Assembly: GCA_963713825.1 (NCBI GenBank)
Contig: CAVQNG010000005.1
Span: forward strand, 352,001 to 416,000
Direction of reading: 5' to 3'
DNA from: an uncultured Acidobacteriota bacterium
GTDB taxonomy: Bacteria; Acidobacteriota; Thermoanaerobaculia; Multivoradales; JAHEKO01
Length of the DNA: 64,000 nucleotides
The position numbers were made by a program, and so were the translations under genes. Under the pieces are notes generated by a model. That model saw only the letters and a program-made list of their open reading frames with translations. It was not told the DNA's origin and searched no databases. Each line of letters opens with the position of its first letter. Positions within the stretch are counted from its first letter, which is position 1. Shown one piece after another: positions 19,263-28,422 of this stretch.

Positions 19263-21203
19263 ATGAGTGGCATCGCCGGAATCGTGCATTGGGATGGTCG
19301 CCCAGTGGCGGATGGCGATCTCGGACGCATGCTGGGGGCGATCCGCCACCGCGGGCCCGATGGCCTGGTAGGAGAGGTCACAGAGTCGGTGGCGCTCGGA
19401 CAGGCGAGGCTCGCAATGCGGGCTGAGGAGCGAGAGCACACCCAGCCGGTGTGGCTGCCAGACCGCTCTTGCGCCATCGTGGCGGACGCCAGGCTCTACA
19501 ACCGGGAAGAGCTTCTGAGCGATATGGCTGGCGCGAATCGGATCGCCGGCCCGGCTTCGGATGCTGCGCTTCTTCTCGCGGGTTACGAGCGCTGGGGCGT
19601 CGAGGTGCTTCAGCGCCTCAATGGTGACTTCGCTTTCGCCATCTGGGACTCGTCGAAACAGCAGATCTTCGCGGCTCGGGATCCGTTCGGAGCCAAGCCA
19701 TTCGTATTCTGGTCCGGCAGCGACACGTTTCGATTCGGTTCCGAGCCGAAGCAGCTCCTGATCTTCCCCGAAGTGCCGGTTGAGCCCGAGAGTCAGACCG
19801 TCGTCGAGCATCTTCTGGACTTGCCAAAGGCTCGGGAGCTGACCTTCTTCCGTGGGGTGCATCGGCTGCGGGCCGCGCACTTCCTGGTGGCTTCTGCCGA
19901 CGGCATCGCCCAGCGCACCTATTGGCACCCAGAGAGCCTCGGTCTTCTCGAGCTGTCTTCAGAGGAAGAGGCCTTCGATCGCTTTCGCGCTTTGTTCAAG
20001 CAGTCCATCGCAAGTCGACTCGGGACCGACGGGTCTGTCGGTGCGCAGCTGAGCGGAGGTTTGGACTCCTCATCGGTGGCTGCCATGGCGGCGGAGATCT
20101 ACGGCGACGCAGGCGAGGATCTGCCCCAGCTGGAGACCATTTCGGAAACCTATGCGAGTTTTCCCTGCGACGAGACTCCTTACATCGAAACGATGGCCGA
20201 GTGGCTTCCTTTTCCCTCTCGTCGGATCGATTGCTCGGAATTCGATTTCGCCTCGTCGATCGAGACGGAGGTCTGGAATGAAGATGGGCCGACCGCAGAG
20301 CTGACCCCGGACCGGACCCGGAGCAACTCCGAGGTGTTGTCGAGTTTCGATGCGCGGATCCTGATGACCGGGTATGGAGGGGATGAGCTGACCTGGGATC
20401 CGGAATGGGCTCCCGACCTGCTGAAGCAGGGTCGGGTGCTGTCGGCCTTGGAGCAGTCCTGGCAGCTGAGCCGTTTACCGGAAGAGGATGCCTTGCCGTC
20501 GATCCTCAAGAGGGCGATCGTGCAATCAATACCCGAGAGCCTGAGGGCGTCCTTGGCAGCGATACGTCCGCGAAGGACCCTGGAGTGGCCCGTTCACCTG
20601 CAGCCTGATCTGCTTCGCCCTATCGGAGATGTCGAAGAGCCCCTCGAGTCGAGGAACACGTCCTTCTCGTCTGCCCAGCGAACCGTCCTCCGATGGCTCA
20701 CCGACCCTCTGCTGTATTGGAATCTGGAACGGCTCGAACAGCGGTACGCGTTCTGGGGCGTGGAGATGAGGCATCCCTTCTTCGACAGAGGATTGGCCGA
20801 GTTGGTTCTGACCACTCCGTTCGAACGTAGGGTCGCTCCGCCCAGCAGGCGCAAGGCGCTGCTGCAAGAGGCTATGCAAGGGATCCTGCCGCCAGAGATT
20901 CTCCGGCGGCGCAGTCAGGTCGTGTTCGACTCCTACTTCCAGGAGGCCTGGCGGCAGTGGCAGCCACGTTTGAGGGCAGTGATCCACTCCTCAGATGCAT
21001 GGCTCTCTGAGCCCTATACTGATCGAGAGACAGTCCTCTCGTGGCTGGAATCACCGGCCCGGGATGAGACGATGCCGATGCGGGTGCTGTCGCAGGTCTG
21101 GGCAGCCTTGGGTCTGGAGGTTTGGCTCAGGGGCCTTGGTCGCTACTCGGCTGCGGAGTATGATGATGCATCGCAATCGCTGGGAGATGAAGACCATGCC
21201 TGA
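19263..21203 (+). CDS. Lasso peptide cyclase (asparagine-synthetase-like C protein)
   Basis: Starts MSGIAG at ATG 19263 (AsnB has MCGIAG). HRGPDG, GDFAFAIWD, ARDPFGAKP, LSGGLDSS, TGYGGDE, RHPFFD. Flanked by B1/B2 genes and a precursor. Confidence 0.88.
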   Translation: MSGIAGIVHWDGRPVADGDLGRMLGAIRHRGPDGLVGEVTESVALGQARLAMRAEEREHTQPVWLPDRSCAIVADARLYNREELLSDMAGANRIAGPASDAALLLAGYERWGVEVLQRLNGDFAFAIWDSSKQQIFAARDPFGAKPFVFWSGSDTFRFGSEPKQLLIFPEVPVEPESQTVVEHLLDLPKARELTFFRGVHRLRAAHFLVASADGIAQRTYWHPESLGLLELSSEEEAFDRFRALFKQSIASRLGTDGSVGAQLSGGLDSSSVAAMAAEIYGDAGEDLPQLETISETYASFPCDETPYIETMAEWLPFPSRRIDCSEFDFASSIETEVWNEDGPTAELTPDRTRSNSEVLSSFDARILMTGYGGDELTWDPEWAPDLLKQGRVLSALEQSWQLSRLPEEDALPSILKRAIVQSIPESLRASLAAIRPRRTLEWPVHLQPDLLRPIGDVEEPLESRNTSFSSAQRTVLRWLTDPLLYWNLERLEQRYAFWGVEMRHPFFDRGLAELVLTTPFERRVAPPSRRKALLQEAMQGILPPEILRRRSQVVFDSYFQEAWRQWQPRLRAVIHSSDAWLSEPYTDRETVLSWLESPARDETMPMRVLSQVWAALGLEVWLRGLGRYSAAEYDDASQSLGDEDHA

Positions 21204-21357
21204 CAACTATCGCGACCCGAAAAGAAACCAAAGCGGCTCGAAGACTCGCAAACCCTACAACAAGCCCGAGCTGAAGAAGCACGGCCACATGGCCGACGTC
21301 ACCCAGAAGAGCGGTAACAACTTCGACAATAGCCAACAGTGGCAGTCGAAGAAGTAG
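21196..21357 (+). CDS. Lasso peptide precursor, 53 aa; predicted core KSGNNFDNSQQWQSKK
   Basis: GGAG at 21183-21186 precedes ATG 21196, which overlaps the cyclase stop. Translation MPDNYRDPKRNQSGSKTRKPYNKPELKKHGHMADVTQ-KSGNNFDNSQQWQSKK contains YxxPxLxxxGxxxxxT. Asp at core position 7. Confidence 0.85.
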   Translation: MPDNYRDPKRNQSGSKTRKPYNKPELKKHGHMADVTQKSGNNFDNSQQWQSKK

Positions 21358-21379
21358 TAGGTCTCTCGCCGCTTGGCGC

Positions 21380-22198
21380 ATGCCTCGCACGCCCCTTACA
21401 GCACGACTCTTCTGCTTTTCCGATGGCGTTTTCCGCCAGGTCAATTCTGCGATCTTGGCCCTTTATCAGGGCTTCTGGTTGGGTTGGATGGGATCGAAGT
21501 CCCTGAACGAAGCGACTCGCCTCTACTACGCGGGACGATCGAAGTACCTGGACTCCGAGTACAACACCTCAGGCTTGAAGGACTGGGAGGCTCGTATCGC
21601 GGATCGCTACTTCAGCGACTGTCGGACCTTGCTCGTCGGTGCTGTTGGTGGCGGGAGAGAAGCGGTGGCTCTGGCCGAGAGAGGAAAGGCTGTTACGGCC
21701 TTCGAATGCTCCGCAGAACTGGCCCAGAGTGCCCGTGATGTGCTTTCCAGAGAGGGACTGATTGCCGAGGTGATGACGGTGGCCCCCAGCGAGGTGCCAA
21801 GTCTCGACACCTGTTTCGATGGAGCTGTGGTGGGCCTGGGTGGCTACATGCACATCCCGGGCAAGGCCGTCAGAGTGCGCTTCCTCCAGGATCTTCGAGA
21901 TCGGGTCGAGTCTGGAGCGCCGCTGCTACTCTCCTTCTTCACCCGCACTCCCGACTCTCGGTTCTTCCTCTGGAGCCGAAGGGTGGCCCGTTTCATTCGC
22001 CGACTTCGATTCAGCCGGGAGGAGGTGGATCTGGGGGACGCGGTGGACAGGTCCTTCGACCATCACTTCACGCAGGAAGAGATTGCCGCTGAGCTGGCCG
22101 CCGCCGGCTTCGAGCTGGTCGACTACGGCGAGGACCCGATAGGCCATGCCGTGGGCCTGGCTACACGTGTGATTCCTCGAACTGCTCCTCTTCGGTAG
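21380..22198 (+). CDS. Class I SAM-dependent methyltransferase-like protein
   Basis: [20 protein letters not shown] (motif I and acidic residue), FDGAVVG..GYMHIP. Its 3' end overlaps aceA convergently. Confidence 0.7.
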   Translation: MPRTPLTARLFCFSDGVFRQVNSAILALYQGFWLGWMGSKSLNEATRLYYAGRSKYLDSEYNTSGLKDWEARIADRYFSDCRTLLVGAVGGGREAVALAERGKAVTAFECSAELAQSARDVLSREGLIAEVMTVAPSEVPSLDTCFDGAVVGLGGYMHIPGKAVRVRFLQDLRDRVESGAPLLLSFFTRTPDSRFFLWSRRVARFIRRLRFSREEVDLGDAVDRSFDHHFTQEEIAAELAAAGFELVDYGEDPIGHAVGLATRVIPRTAPLR

Positions 22199-23447
22199 AG
22201 CCCTGGATGGCCGATAGAACGTCGCTCTGGGTGATGAGAGTGGTGATCAGGTCGAAGTAGCCGGCCCCCACTTCACGCTGGTGCTTGGTGGCGGTGTAGC
22301 CGCTGGTTTCGGCTGCGAACTCCTGCTCCTGGAGCTCCACGTAGGCCGCCATCTGCCGTGCCTTGTAGCCCTTGGCCAGCTCGAACATGACGTAGTTCAA
22401 GGAGTGGAAACCGGCCAGGGTGATGAACTGGAAGCGGTAGCCCATTGTCGCCAACGCGCGCTGGAACTTGGCGATGGTCGCATCGTCCAGGTTCTTTTTC
22501 CAGTTGAAGGAGGGTGAGCAGTTGTAGGCCAGGGGCTTGCCTGGGAACTTCTCGTGGATGGCGTCGGCGAACTGCTGCGCCTCGTCCAGGTCCGGATGGG
22601 CGGTCTCGCACCAGATAAGGTCGCAGTAGGGAGCGTAGGACAGGCCCCGCCCGATGGCCTGCTCCAGGCCGGCCTTGACCATGTAGAGGCCTTCGATGGT
22701 CCTCTCTTGACTGACCAGGAAGGGATGGTCGCGCTCGTCCACGTCAGAGGTGAGCAGACTGGCAGCATTGGCGTCGGTGCGGGCGATCAGCACGGTCGGC
22801 ACGCCCATGACATCGGCTGCCAGGCGAGCCGCTACCAGTTTCTCGATCGCATGGCCGGTGTGGACCAGCACCTTGCCGCCCATGTGTCCGCACTTCTTGG
22901 CGGAGGAGAGCTGATCTTCGAAGTGCACGCCCGCCGCCCCGGCCTCGATCATCGCTTTCATGAGCTCGAAGGCGTTGAGCACGCCGCCGAAGCCGGCTTC
23001 GGCATCAGCCACGATGGGCTTGAACCAATCCACGGATTCGTCGCCTTCGGAGTGGTGGATCTGATCGGCCCGCTGCAAGGTGTTGTTGATCTTGCGCACG
23101 AGGGCCGGAGCCGAATCGGCGGGGTAGAGGGACTGGTCGGGGTACATGGCCCCCGCTTCGTTGGCGTCGGCGGCGACCTGCCAGCCGGAGCAGTAGATGG
23201 CGTTCAGTCCGGCCTTGACCTGCTGCATGGCCTGATTGCCGGTCACGGCGCCCAGGGCGTTGACGAAGTCCTCCTCGTGAAGGGAGCGCCACAGTTTCTC
23301 CGCGCCGACGCGAGCCAGCGTGTACTCGATCTGCAGACTTCCCCTGAGGCGAATGACATCTTCGGCCGTGTAGGGGCGCTCGATGCCCGCCCATCGTGGG
23401 TCCTCGTTCCATTCCTTCTTCAGCTGGGCAGCTGTTGGTTGGGTCAT
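22161..23447 (-). CDS. aceA: Isocitrate lyase
   Basis: KKCGHMGGK catalytic motif, [34 protein letters not shown]. Confidence 0.97.
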   Translation of the reverse strand: MTQPTAAQLKKEWNEDPRWAGIERPYTAEDVIRLRGSLQIEYTLARVGAEKLWRSLHEEDFVNALGAVTGNQAMQQVKAGLNAIYCSGWQVAADANEAGAMYPDQSLYPADSAPALVRKINNTLQRADQIHHSEGDESVDWFKPIVADAEAGFGGVLNAFELMKAMIEAGAAGVHFEDQLSSAKKCGHMGGKVLVHTGHAIEKLVAARLAADVMGVPTVLIARTDANAASLLTSDVDERDHPFLVSQERTIEGLYMVKAGLEQAIGRGLSYAPYCDLIWCETAHPDLDEAQQFADAIHEKFPGKPLAYNCSPSFNWKKNLDDATIAKFQRALATMGYRFQFITLAGFHSLNYVMFELAKGYKARQMAAYVELQEQEFAAETSGYTATKHQREVGAGYFDLITTLITQSDVLSAIQGSTEEEQFEESHV

Positions 23448-23493
23448 TTCGCTTCTCCTCTCGAAATCAGATGGCTCGCTTCCTGCAGTCCGA

Positions 23494-25179
23494 TTACTGC
23501 ACCAGATCCGAGCGCATCTTCAAGAACGGGCGGAACTCGTCTTCCGTGAAGATGGCGCAGGCGTCGTCCTTCGCCTGCCTGTAACGCCCAAGCTCCGCTT
23601 CGATGATCTCTTCGTCGAGACCGAGCATGAACTCCCGAATCTCCTCTTCGATTTTCTGCAGCTCTTCGTCGAACACGCTTTGCACGAGCTCCTCGGTGAC
23701 CTCGATCCCATCGTCGAGCCTGACGCTGTTGTGCAGCCACTGCCAGATTTGAGCTCGCGAGATCTCCAGGGTGGCCAGATCCTCCATGAGGTCGTCCCAG
23801 GCGACACAGCCGATGTCCTGATTCCAACCCTTGACGTAGGCAATGCCGACGCGCACGTTCGTGCGTACGCCCTCGAGCGTCAGCGGCGGTGTGGCCTCCG
23901 GTAGTAGCTCGGGCTGGTCGTCGATATCGGGGATCACATCGAGTTGGTTCTTCTTCGGGAAGGCCGACATGGCCGGCGCGATGAAGTAGGGGTGTGACAC
24001 CCAACAGCCGTCGTGGCCGAGGGCGAACTCGAACCGCTTGTCCTCGACGACCTTCTCGGTCTGCTCCTGGCGGCGCTCGGCGGTGCTGCCGGGTGTGAAG
24101 GCAGCCATGCCACCCATGGCGAACGCGCCGTGACGATGGCAGATCTTGATCAGCCGCTTGGCGTAGTTCTCCATCCATGGACGATTCATGGAGATCGACG
24201 CGCGATCGGCAAGAACACGATCCGGATGGCCCTTCAGCGTCTTGATATCGCTGAAGATCTTGTCCCAGCGCCCGACGTTGAGACCCGTCGCATGATCCCG
24301 AAGCTCGTAGAGGATCTCTTCCATCTGGAAGGCGGCCGGCAAGGTCTCGATCAGAAAAGTCGAACGCAGCGAGCTCTTCGGCAGCTCCATCTCTTCCTCG
24401 AGGCGGGTGAACAGCGTGTTCCACCATCGGGCTTCGAGGTAGTGCTCGACCTTCGGCACATAGTATTTGGGCGTCTTGCCCTGGGCCCTGAGCACCTTGG
24501 CGGTGTGGAAGACCGCAAGGGTCAGATCCATGATGCCACCTGCCAGGGGTTGGCCGTCGACGCGGAGGTTCGACTCTTCCAGGTGCAGGCCGCGACAGCG
24601 CACCATGAGCAGGGGCATGTCCTCGGGGTCGAGTTGGTAGATCTTCTCCGGCTCCTCACCCTGGGCTGGCTTGACGAAGCTGAGAGTACCGACGGACGCG
24701 GCTGCCAGATTCTCGACGCCCTGCAGCACATTGGCCCAGGCCGGCTTCATGGAGTCTTCGAAGTCGAGCATCGCCGCATCGGCCCGATCGCCAGTCGCGG
24801 TGCGACTGAGCATGTTGATGACCATCTTGGTGTCGTTGATCGGCCCGGTGATCTCCACCCTGCGCTGGAGCAGATCTTCGGCGAGGGGAGCTATCTTCCA
24901 ATCGCCTCGTGCGATCTGTGCGACCTCTCCCTCGAGGAATCCGGGGACGCCACCCGCATCCCAGGATTTCTGACGCTCGACCCGAGCTGCCAGCAGCTCC
25001 TGACGGGCCGGCTGCAGCTCCCGGTGCAGACGCACCAAGAGAGCGGTGACTTCTGGCACGAGAATGCGCTCCGCTTGGGGATTCCAGGCCGGCAGATTGA
25101 TCTCCAGACCCTCTGATAGGCCCTTCCAGGTTATGGTTCCCGAAGTCGCGTCGCCCTTCGCAGTTCTCACCTCGGTCAT
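23494..25179 (-). CDS. aceB: Malate synthase A
   Basis: [68 protein letters not shown]. Confidence 0.93.
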   Translation of the reverse strand: MTEVRTAKGDATSGTITWKGLSEGLEINLPAWNPQAERILVPEVTALLVRLHRELQPARQELLAARVERQKSWDAGGVPGFLEGEVAQIARGDWKIAPLAEDLLQRRVEITGPINDTKMVINMLSRTATGDRADAAMLDFEDSMKPAWANVLQGVENLAAASVGTLSFVKPAQGEEPEKIYQLDPEDMPLLMVRCRGLHLEESNLRVDGQPLAGGIMDLTLAVFHTAKVLRAQGKTPKYYVPKVEHYLEARWWNTLFTRLEEEMELPKSSLRSTFLIETLPAAFQMEEILYELRDHATGLNVGRWDKIFSDIKTLKGHPDRVLADRASISMNRPWMENYAKRLIKICHRHGAFAMGGMAAFTPGSTAERRQEQTEKVVEDKRFEFALGHDGCWVSHPYFIAPAMSAFPKKNQLDVIPDIDDQPELLPEATPPLTLEGVRTNVRVGIAYVKGWNQDIGCVAWDDLMEDLATLEISRAQIWQWLHNSVRLDDGIEVTEELVQSVFDEELQKIEEEIREFMLGLDEEIIEAELGRYRQAKDDACAIFTEDEFRPFLKMRSDLVQ

Positions 25180-25315
25180 GCTGTGTCCTCCGATTTTGGC
25201 ACCGATCCAAGTGCCTTGACGAAGCCCTTTCGGGCTAGGAACAGTCTATGGCGAAATCACACCAGTGGCAATCGGAAGCGGGGCTGAAATCGGTCCGATT
25301 CACGTCGGTCTTCGC

Positions 25316-25344
25316 TTGACATCGGGGTATCGTGGCGCTACCCT
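25316..25344 (+). promoter_or_regulatory. Sigma70-type promoter of the TetR-RND operon
   Basis: TTGACA (25316-25321), 17-bp spacer, TACCCT (25339-25344). Confidence 0.65.
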
Positions 25345-25379
25345 ACCGAACGGTCGGAAGCTCCCGACCGTTCGGTAGG
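25342..25379. promoter_or_regulatory. Probable TetR operator: perfect 16-bp inverted repeat
   Basis: CCTACCGAACGGTCGG-aagctc-CCGACCGTTCGGTAGG overlaps the -10 box and the AGGAGG of the tetR gene. Confidence 0.7.
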
Positions 25380-25385
25380 AGGTGA

Positions 25386-26012
25386 GTGTTGGTCACGGTG
25401 TCCCAAACAACGCATGAAAAGCTGCTTCTGGAGGCCACGGCGCTCTTTGCGCGTCGCGGCTACGGAGGAGCCTCCATGTCCGAGATCGCCGAGCGTGTCG
25501 GTGTGCGCAAGGCGAGTCTCTACAACTATTACGATTCGAAGGCGGATCTACTGATGGACCTTCTGGGCCGGAGTCTCGCTGCTTGGGAGATGGCGAGTCG
25601 ACCCGCACTCGAAGGGCCTGGCACTACCGAGGAGCGCCTCGGGGCCTACCTGAAGGCAGCGACGGCTTTTGCCGACCGCAACCCGCAGGCCGTGGGTATC
25701 GTACGTATGGCTGCTACCCAGGTCGGGGGCGAGTTGCGCGGCCAGGTGAACGATCTGCTGACCGAGCACGAGCAGGCTTCACGAGGCCGGGTGGTCGACT
25801 TCTTCGCTGAGGCAGTGGAGAAGGGGGAGATCGAACCGGCAGCGCCGGAAGAGCTCGCCCTCTTTCTAGCGACCTTTCTCCACGGCCTGCTGATCAGCCA
25901 GATTCTCGCCACCAGCAAAGCGCATGAATTCAAGGATCACCTTCCCCAGTTGTGGGAGTTCTTTTGGCGGGGTGTCAGCGGGAGGAAGCCCCAGATGGAG
26001 TTCGAACAATGA
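25386..26012 (+). CDS. TetR/AcrR family transcriptional regulator
   Basis: ALFARRGYGGASMSEIAERVGVRKASLYNYYDSKADL helix-turn-helix. Confidence 0.92.
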   Translation: MLVTVSQTTHEKLLLEATALFARRGYGGASMSEIAERVGVRKASLYNYYDSKADLLMDLLGRSLAAWEMASRPALEGPGTTEERLGAYLKAATAFADRNPQAVGIVRMAATQVGGELRGQVNDLLTEHEQASRGRVVDFFAEAVEKGEIEPAAPEELALFLATFLHGLLISQILATSKAHEFKDHLPQLWEFFWRGVSGRKPQMEFEQ

Positions 26013-27364
26013 ATCGTTATCTCGGTGTGATGGGAATCCTCTGCCTTCTCGCCTTGCCTGTGGCGGCTGCGGAGGAGGTTCTGGATCTGGAGCGGGCCAT
26101 CGATCTCGCTCTGCAGAACAATCCGTTCCTGAAGTCGATCGAGGAGAGGCGCCACCAGGTGGAGGCAGGAGTCAGGGAAGCCTGGGCCGATGTCTATCCG
26201 CAGGTGGCATTCCGGGGCGGCTGGAATCGCTCGCGCAACCCCTCGCTGCTCAATAGCGCGGATTTCGAAGACCTGATCGAGCTGTTTCCGGACTACAGTC
26301 CTCAGCAGCAGGACCTCTACAACCTGGGGTTCGATTTGTCGCAGCCGATCTATCACGCCGGCAAGATCGGCGCCGGGATCAAGCTTGCGAAGCTGGTCGT
26401 GGAGATCACCGACGCGCAAATAGCCTCGGCTCAACTGGATGCCGGGCTGATCGCCTCGGAGACGTACTTCCGGGTTCTGGAGTCCCGTGAGGGCTTGGCG
26501 ACGATCGAGATCCAGCGACAGGCGCGACAGGAGTCGCTGGCTGTCGTCCAGACACGATACGACCTGGGAGATGCCACCGAGCTGGAGATGCTGCAGGCCA
26601 AGGCCGCTCTGGCCGAGCTCGATCCGATCATCGACCGGGCCAGAGGCGCTGTACGGGTCGCCATTATCGATCTCAAGGCGGTGCTCAACCTCGACGCCGA
26701 TCCGAACGTGCAGGAGGTCGAGGACCCGCTGCCGGCCATGCCGGAGAAGGACAGGACACTGATGTTCGCCCTCGACACCCGGCCAGAATTCGACGATCTG
26801 GAGCTTCAATTGGACGCCTACGACAAGCAGAAGAGGATCGTCAAAGCGGACCAACTACCACAGATCGACCTCAACGGGCTCTATGGGCACACGGTTCGAG
26901 TGCCGGAGAACTGGAATGATCCGCTGTACTCCGACTGGGCCGTGGCCATCGGTCTGCGATGGGAGTTCTTCAATGGCGGGCGGGTCAAATCGCAGGTGGC
27001 GGGCCTGGAGAGCCAGAAGCAGCAGGTGGCGTGGGAGTTGGAGGCGCTGTTCAATCGAGTGGAGCAGGAGGTCGAATCTGCGATCACCGAATACTCGGCA
27101 GCTTTGTCCCAGTGGGCGGCGGCTGAGATTTCCGTCCAGGCAGCCCGCGAGGCGAGTCGTGTAGCTCGGGAGAGTTACGAAGAGGGAGTGGCCCTGCAGA
27201 CCGATTGGTTGACCGCGCAGGAGCGCGAAATCTCGGCCGAGGTGGTGCGGGTGCAGTCGTATTACGGAGCCAGGACCAGCGTCGCCCGCCTTGCCAGAGC
27301 GGTCGGCTTGCAGGCGGACGAAGTCTGGCAATTTACTGGACACGATACGGGAGAGCAACCATGA
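26009..27364 (+). CDS. TolC-family outer-membrane efflux protein
   Basis: Start overlaps the tetR stop (ATGA). Signal peptide; LDLERAIDLALQNNP, YPQV, LPQIDL and coiled-coil repeats. Confidence 0.88.
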   Translation: MNRYLGVMGILCLLALPVAAAEEVLDLERAIDLALQNNPFLKSIEERRHQVEAGVREAWADVYPQVAFRGGWNRSRNPSLLNSADFEDLIELFPDYSPQQQDLYNLGFDLSQPIYHAGKIGAGIKLAKLVVEITDAQIASAQLDAGLIASETYFRVLESREGLATIEIQRQARQESLAVVQTRYDLGDATELEMLQAKAALAELDPIIDRARGAVRVAIIDLKAVLNLDADPNVQEVEDPLPAMPEKDRTLMFALDTRPEFDDLELQLDAYDKQKRIVKADQLPQIDLNGLYGHTVRVPENWNDPLYSDWAVAIGLRWEFFNGGRVKSQVAGLESQKQQVAWELEALFNRVEQEVESAITEYSAALSQWAAAEISVQAAREASRVARESYEEGVALQTDWLTAQEREISAEVVRVQSYYGARTSVARLARAVGLQADEVWQFTGHDTGEQP

Positions 27365-28419
27365 AGCGTTGGCACGGGAAATGGATTTTGGCCCTGTTGC
27401 CGCTGTCGGTACTGATCGCCTGTGGCGGAGGTGGTGAAGCGGATTCGTCGGAACCGGTGTTGGCGCCGGCAGAGCGGGTGGCTTATGTGAGGTCTCTCGA
27501 GGTGCAACCGGAGGAGATCACGGATCTGGCGCTTTTGAGTGCCGACCTGTTGCCCTTGCGGCGGGCGACCCTGGCGGCAGAGGTGCCCGGAAGAGTCGAA
27601 GAGCTGAGAGTCGATGTGGGGGATCGCGTCCGAACGGGCCAGATTCTGGTCAGGATCGACACTCGGGCGTTGCGTCAGCAGATCGCCGAAGCGGAAGCGC
27701 TGCATGTGCAGGCCGTGGATCGATTCGAGCGGGCAGAGCGACTCTATGAGAAGCGCTCCATCACGAAAGAGCGGCATATCGATGCCGTGGCAGGTAAGGA
27801 TGTGGCCGAGGCGCGTCTGAATTCGGCGCAGCTGGCGCTCGCCAAGTCGGAGCTCAAGGCGCCCTGGGCAGGCAGCGTGGCCGCCAAACGGGTCGAGGTC
27901 GGGGACTATGCCTCGCCGGGTCTCCCCTTGTTGGAGCTCGTAGCGGTGAATCGTTTGAAGGTGAAGGCGTCGGCGTCGGCCTCCGACGTTCCCTACCTGA
28001 GCGTCGGGGCGCCGGTGACGGTCCGTGTCGATGTCTTCCCCGGTGAGGAGTGGCAGGGCAAGGTGGTTCGACTCGGTGCCGAGCTCGACTCCGATACGCG
28101 TACGCTGGTAGTGGAAGCGGAGATCGACAACAGCGAGGGCCGGCTTCGCCCGGGCCTCTTCGGGCGGCTCGAGGTGCCACGCAGGGTGCTTCCCGGAGCT
28201 CTGCTCGTGCCGCTGGCCTCGGTGGTGGACTACGAGAGCGAGAAGATCCTCTACGTGGTCGCCGAAGGTGTCGCGCAGAGGCGGACCATCGTGCTGGGCC
28301 CGACCGTTGGGGACCGAGTAGTGATCGCCAGCGGCCTCGAGCCAGGTGACCACGTCGTCGTCGGTGGCCAGCAGCAAGTGGCCGACGGACAGACGGTGAT
28401 CGAGGCGGAGGAGGGCTGA
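27361..28419 (+). CDS. RND efflux periplasmic adaptor (MFP), lipoprotein
   Basis: Lipobox LIAC; AEVPGRVEEL..DVGDRV..GQ.L, LKAPWAG, LRPGLF, GLEPGD.VV. Confidence 0.9.
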   Translation: MKRWHGKWILALLPLSVLIACGGGGEADSSEPVLAPAERVAYVRSLEVQPEEITDLALLSADLLPLRRATLAAEVPGRVEELRVDVGDRVRTGQILVRIDTRALRQQIAEAEALHVQAVDRFERAERLYEKRSITKERHIDAVAGKDVAEARLNSAQLALAKSELKAPWAGSVAAKRVEVGDYASPGLPLLELVAVNRLKVKASASASDVPYLSVGAPVTVRVDVFPGEEWQGKVVRLGAELDSDTRTLVVEAEIDNSEGRLRPGLFGRLEVPRRVLPGALLVPLASVVDYESEKILYVVAEGVAQRRTIVLGPTVGDRVVIASGLEPGDHVVVGGQQQVADGQTVIEAEEG

Positions 28420-28422
28420 CAA

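Noticed and set aside
19089-21203. Ordinary asparagine synthetase AsnB, 704 aa
   Set aside because: The true start is likely 19263 (MSGIAG), the catalytic Cys is absent, and RRE, B2 and precursor genes flank it.
20995-21357. 120-aa ORF from the ORF track
   Set aside because: Its first two-thirds overlap the cyclase out of frame; only the part from ATG 21196 has an RBS and lasso leader motif.
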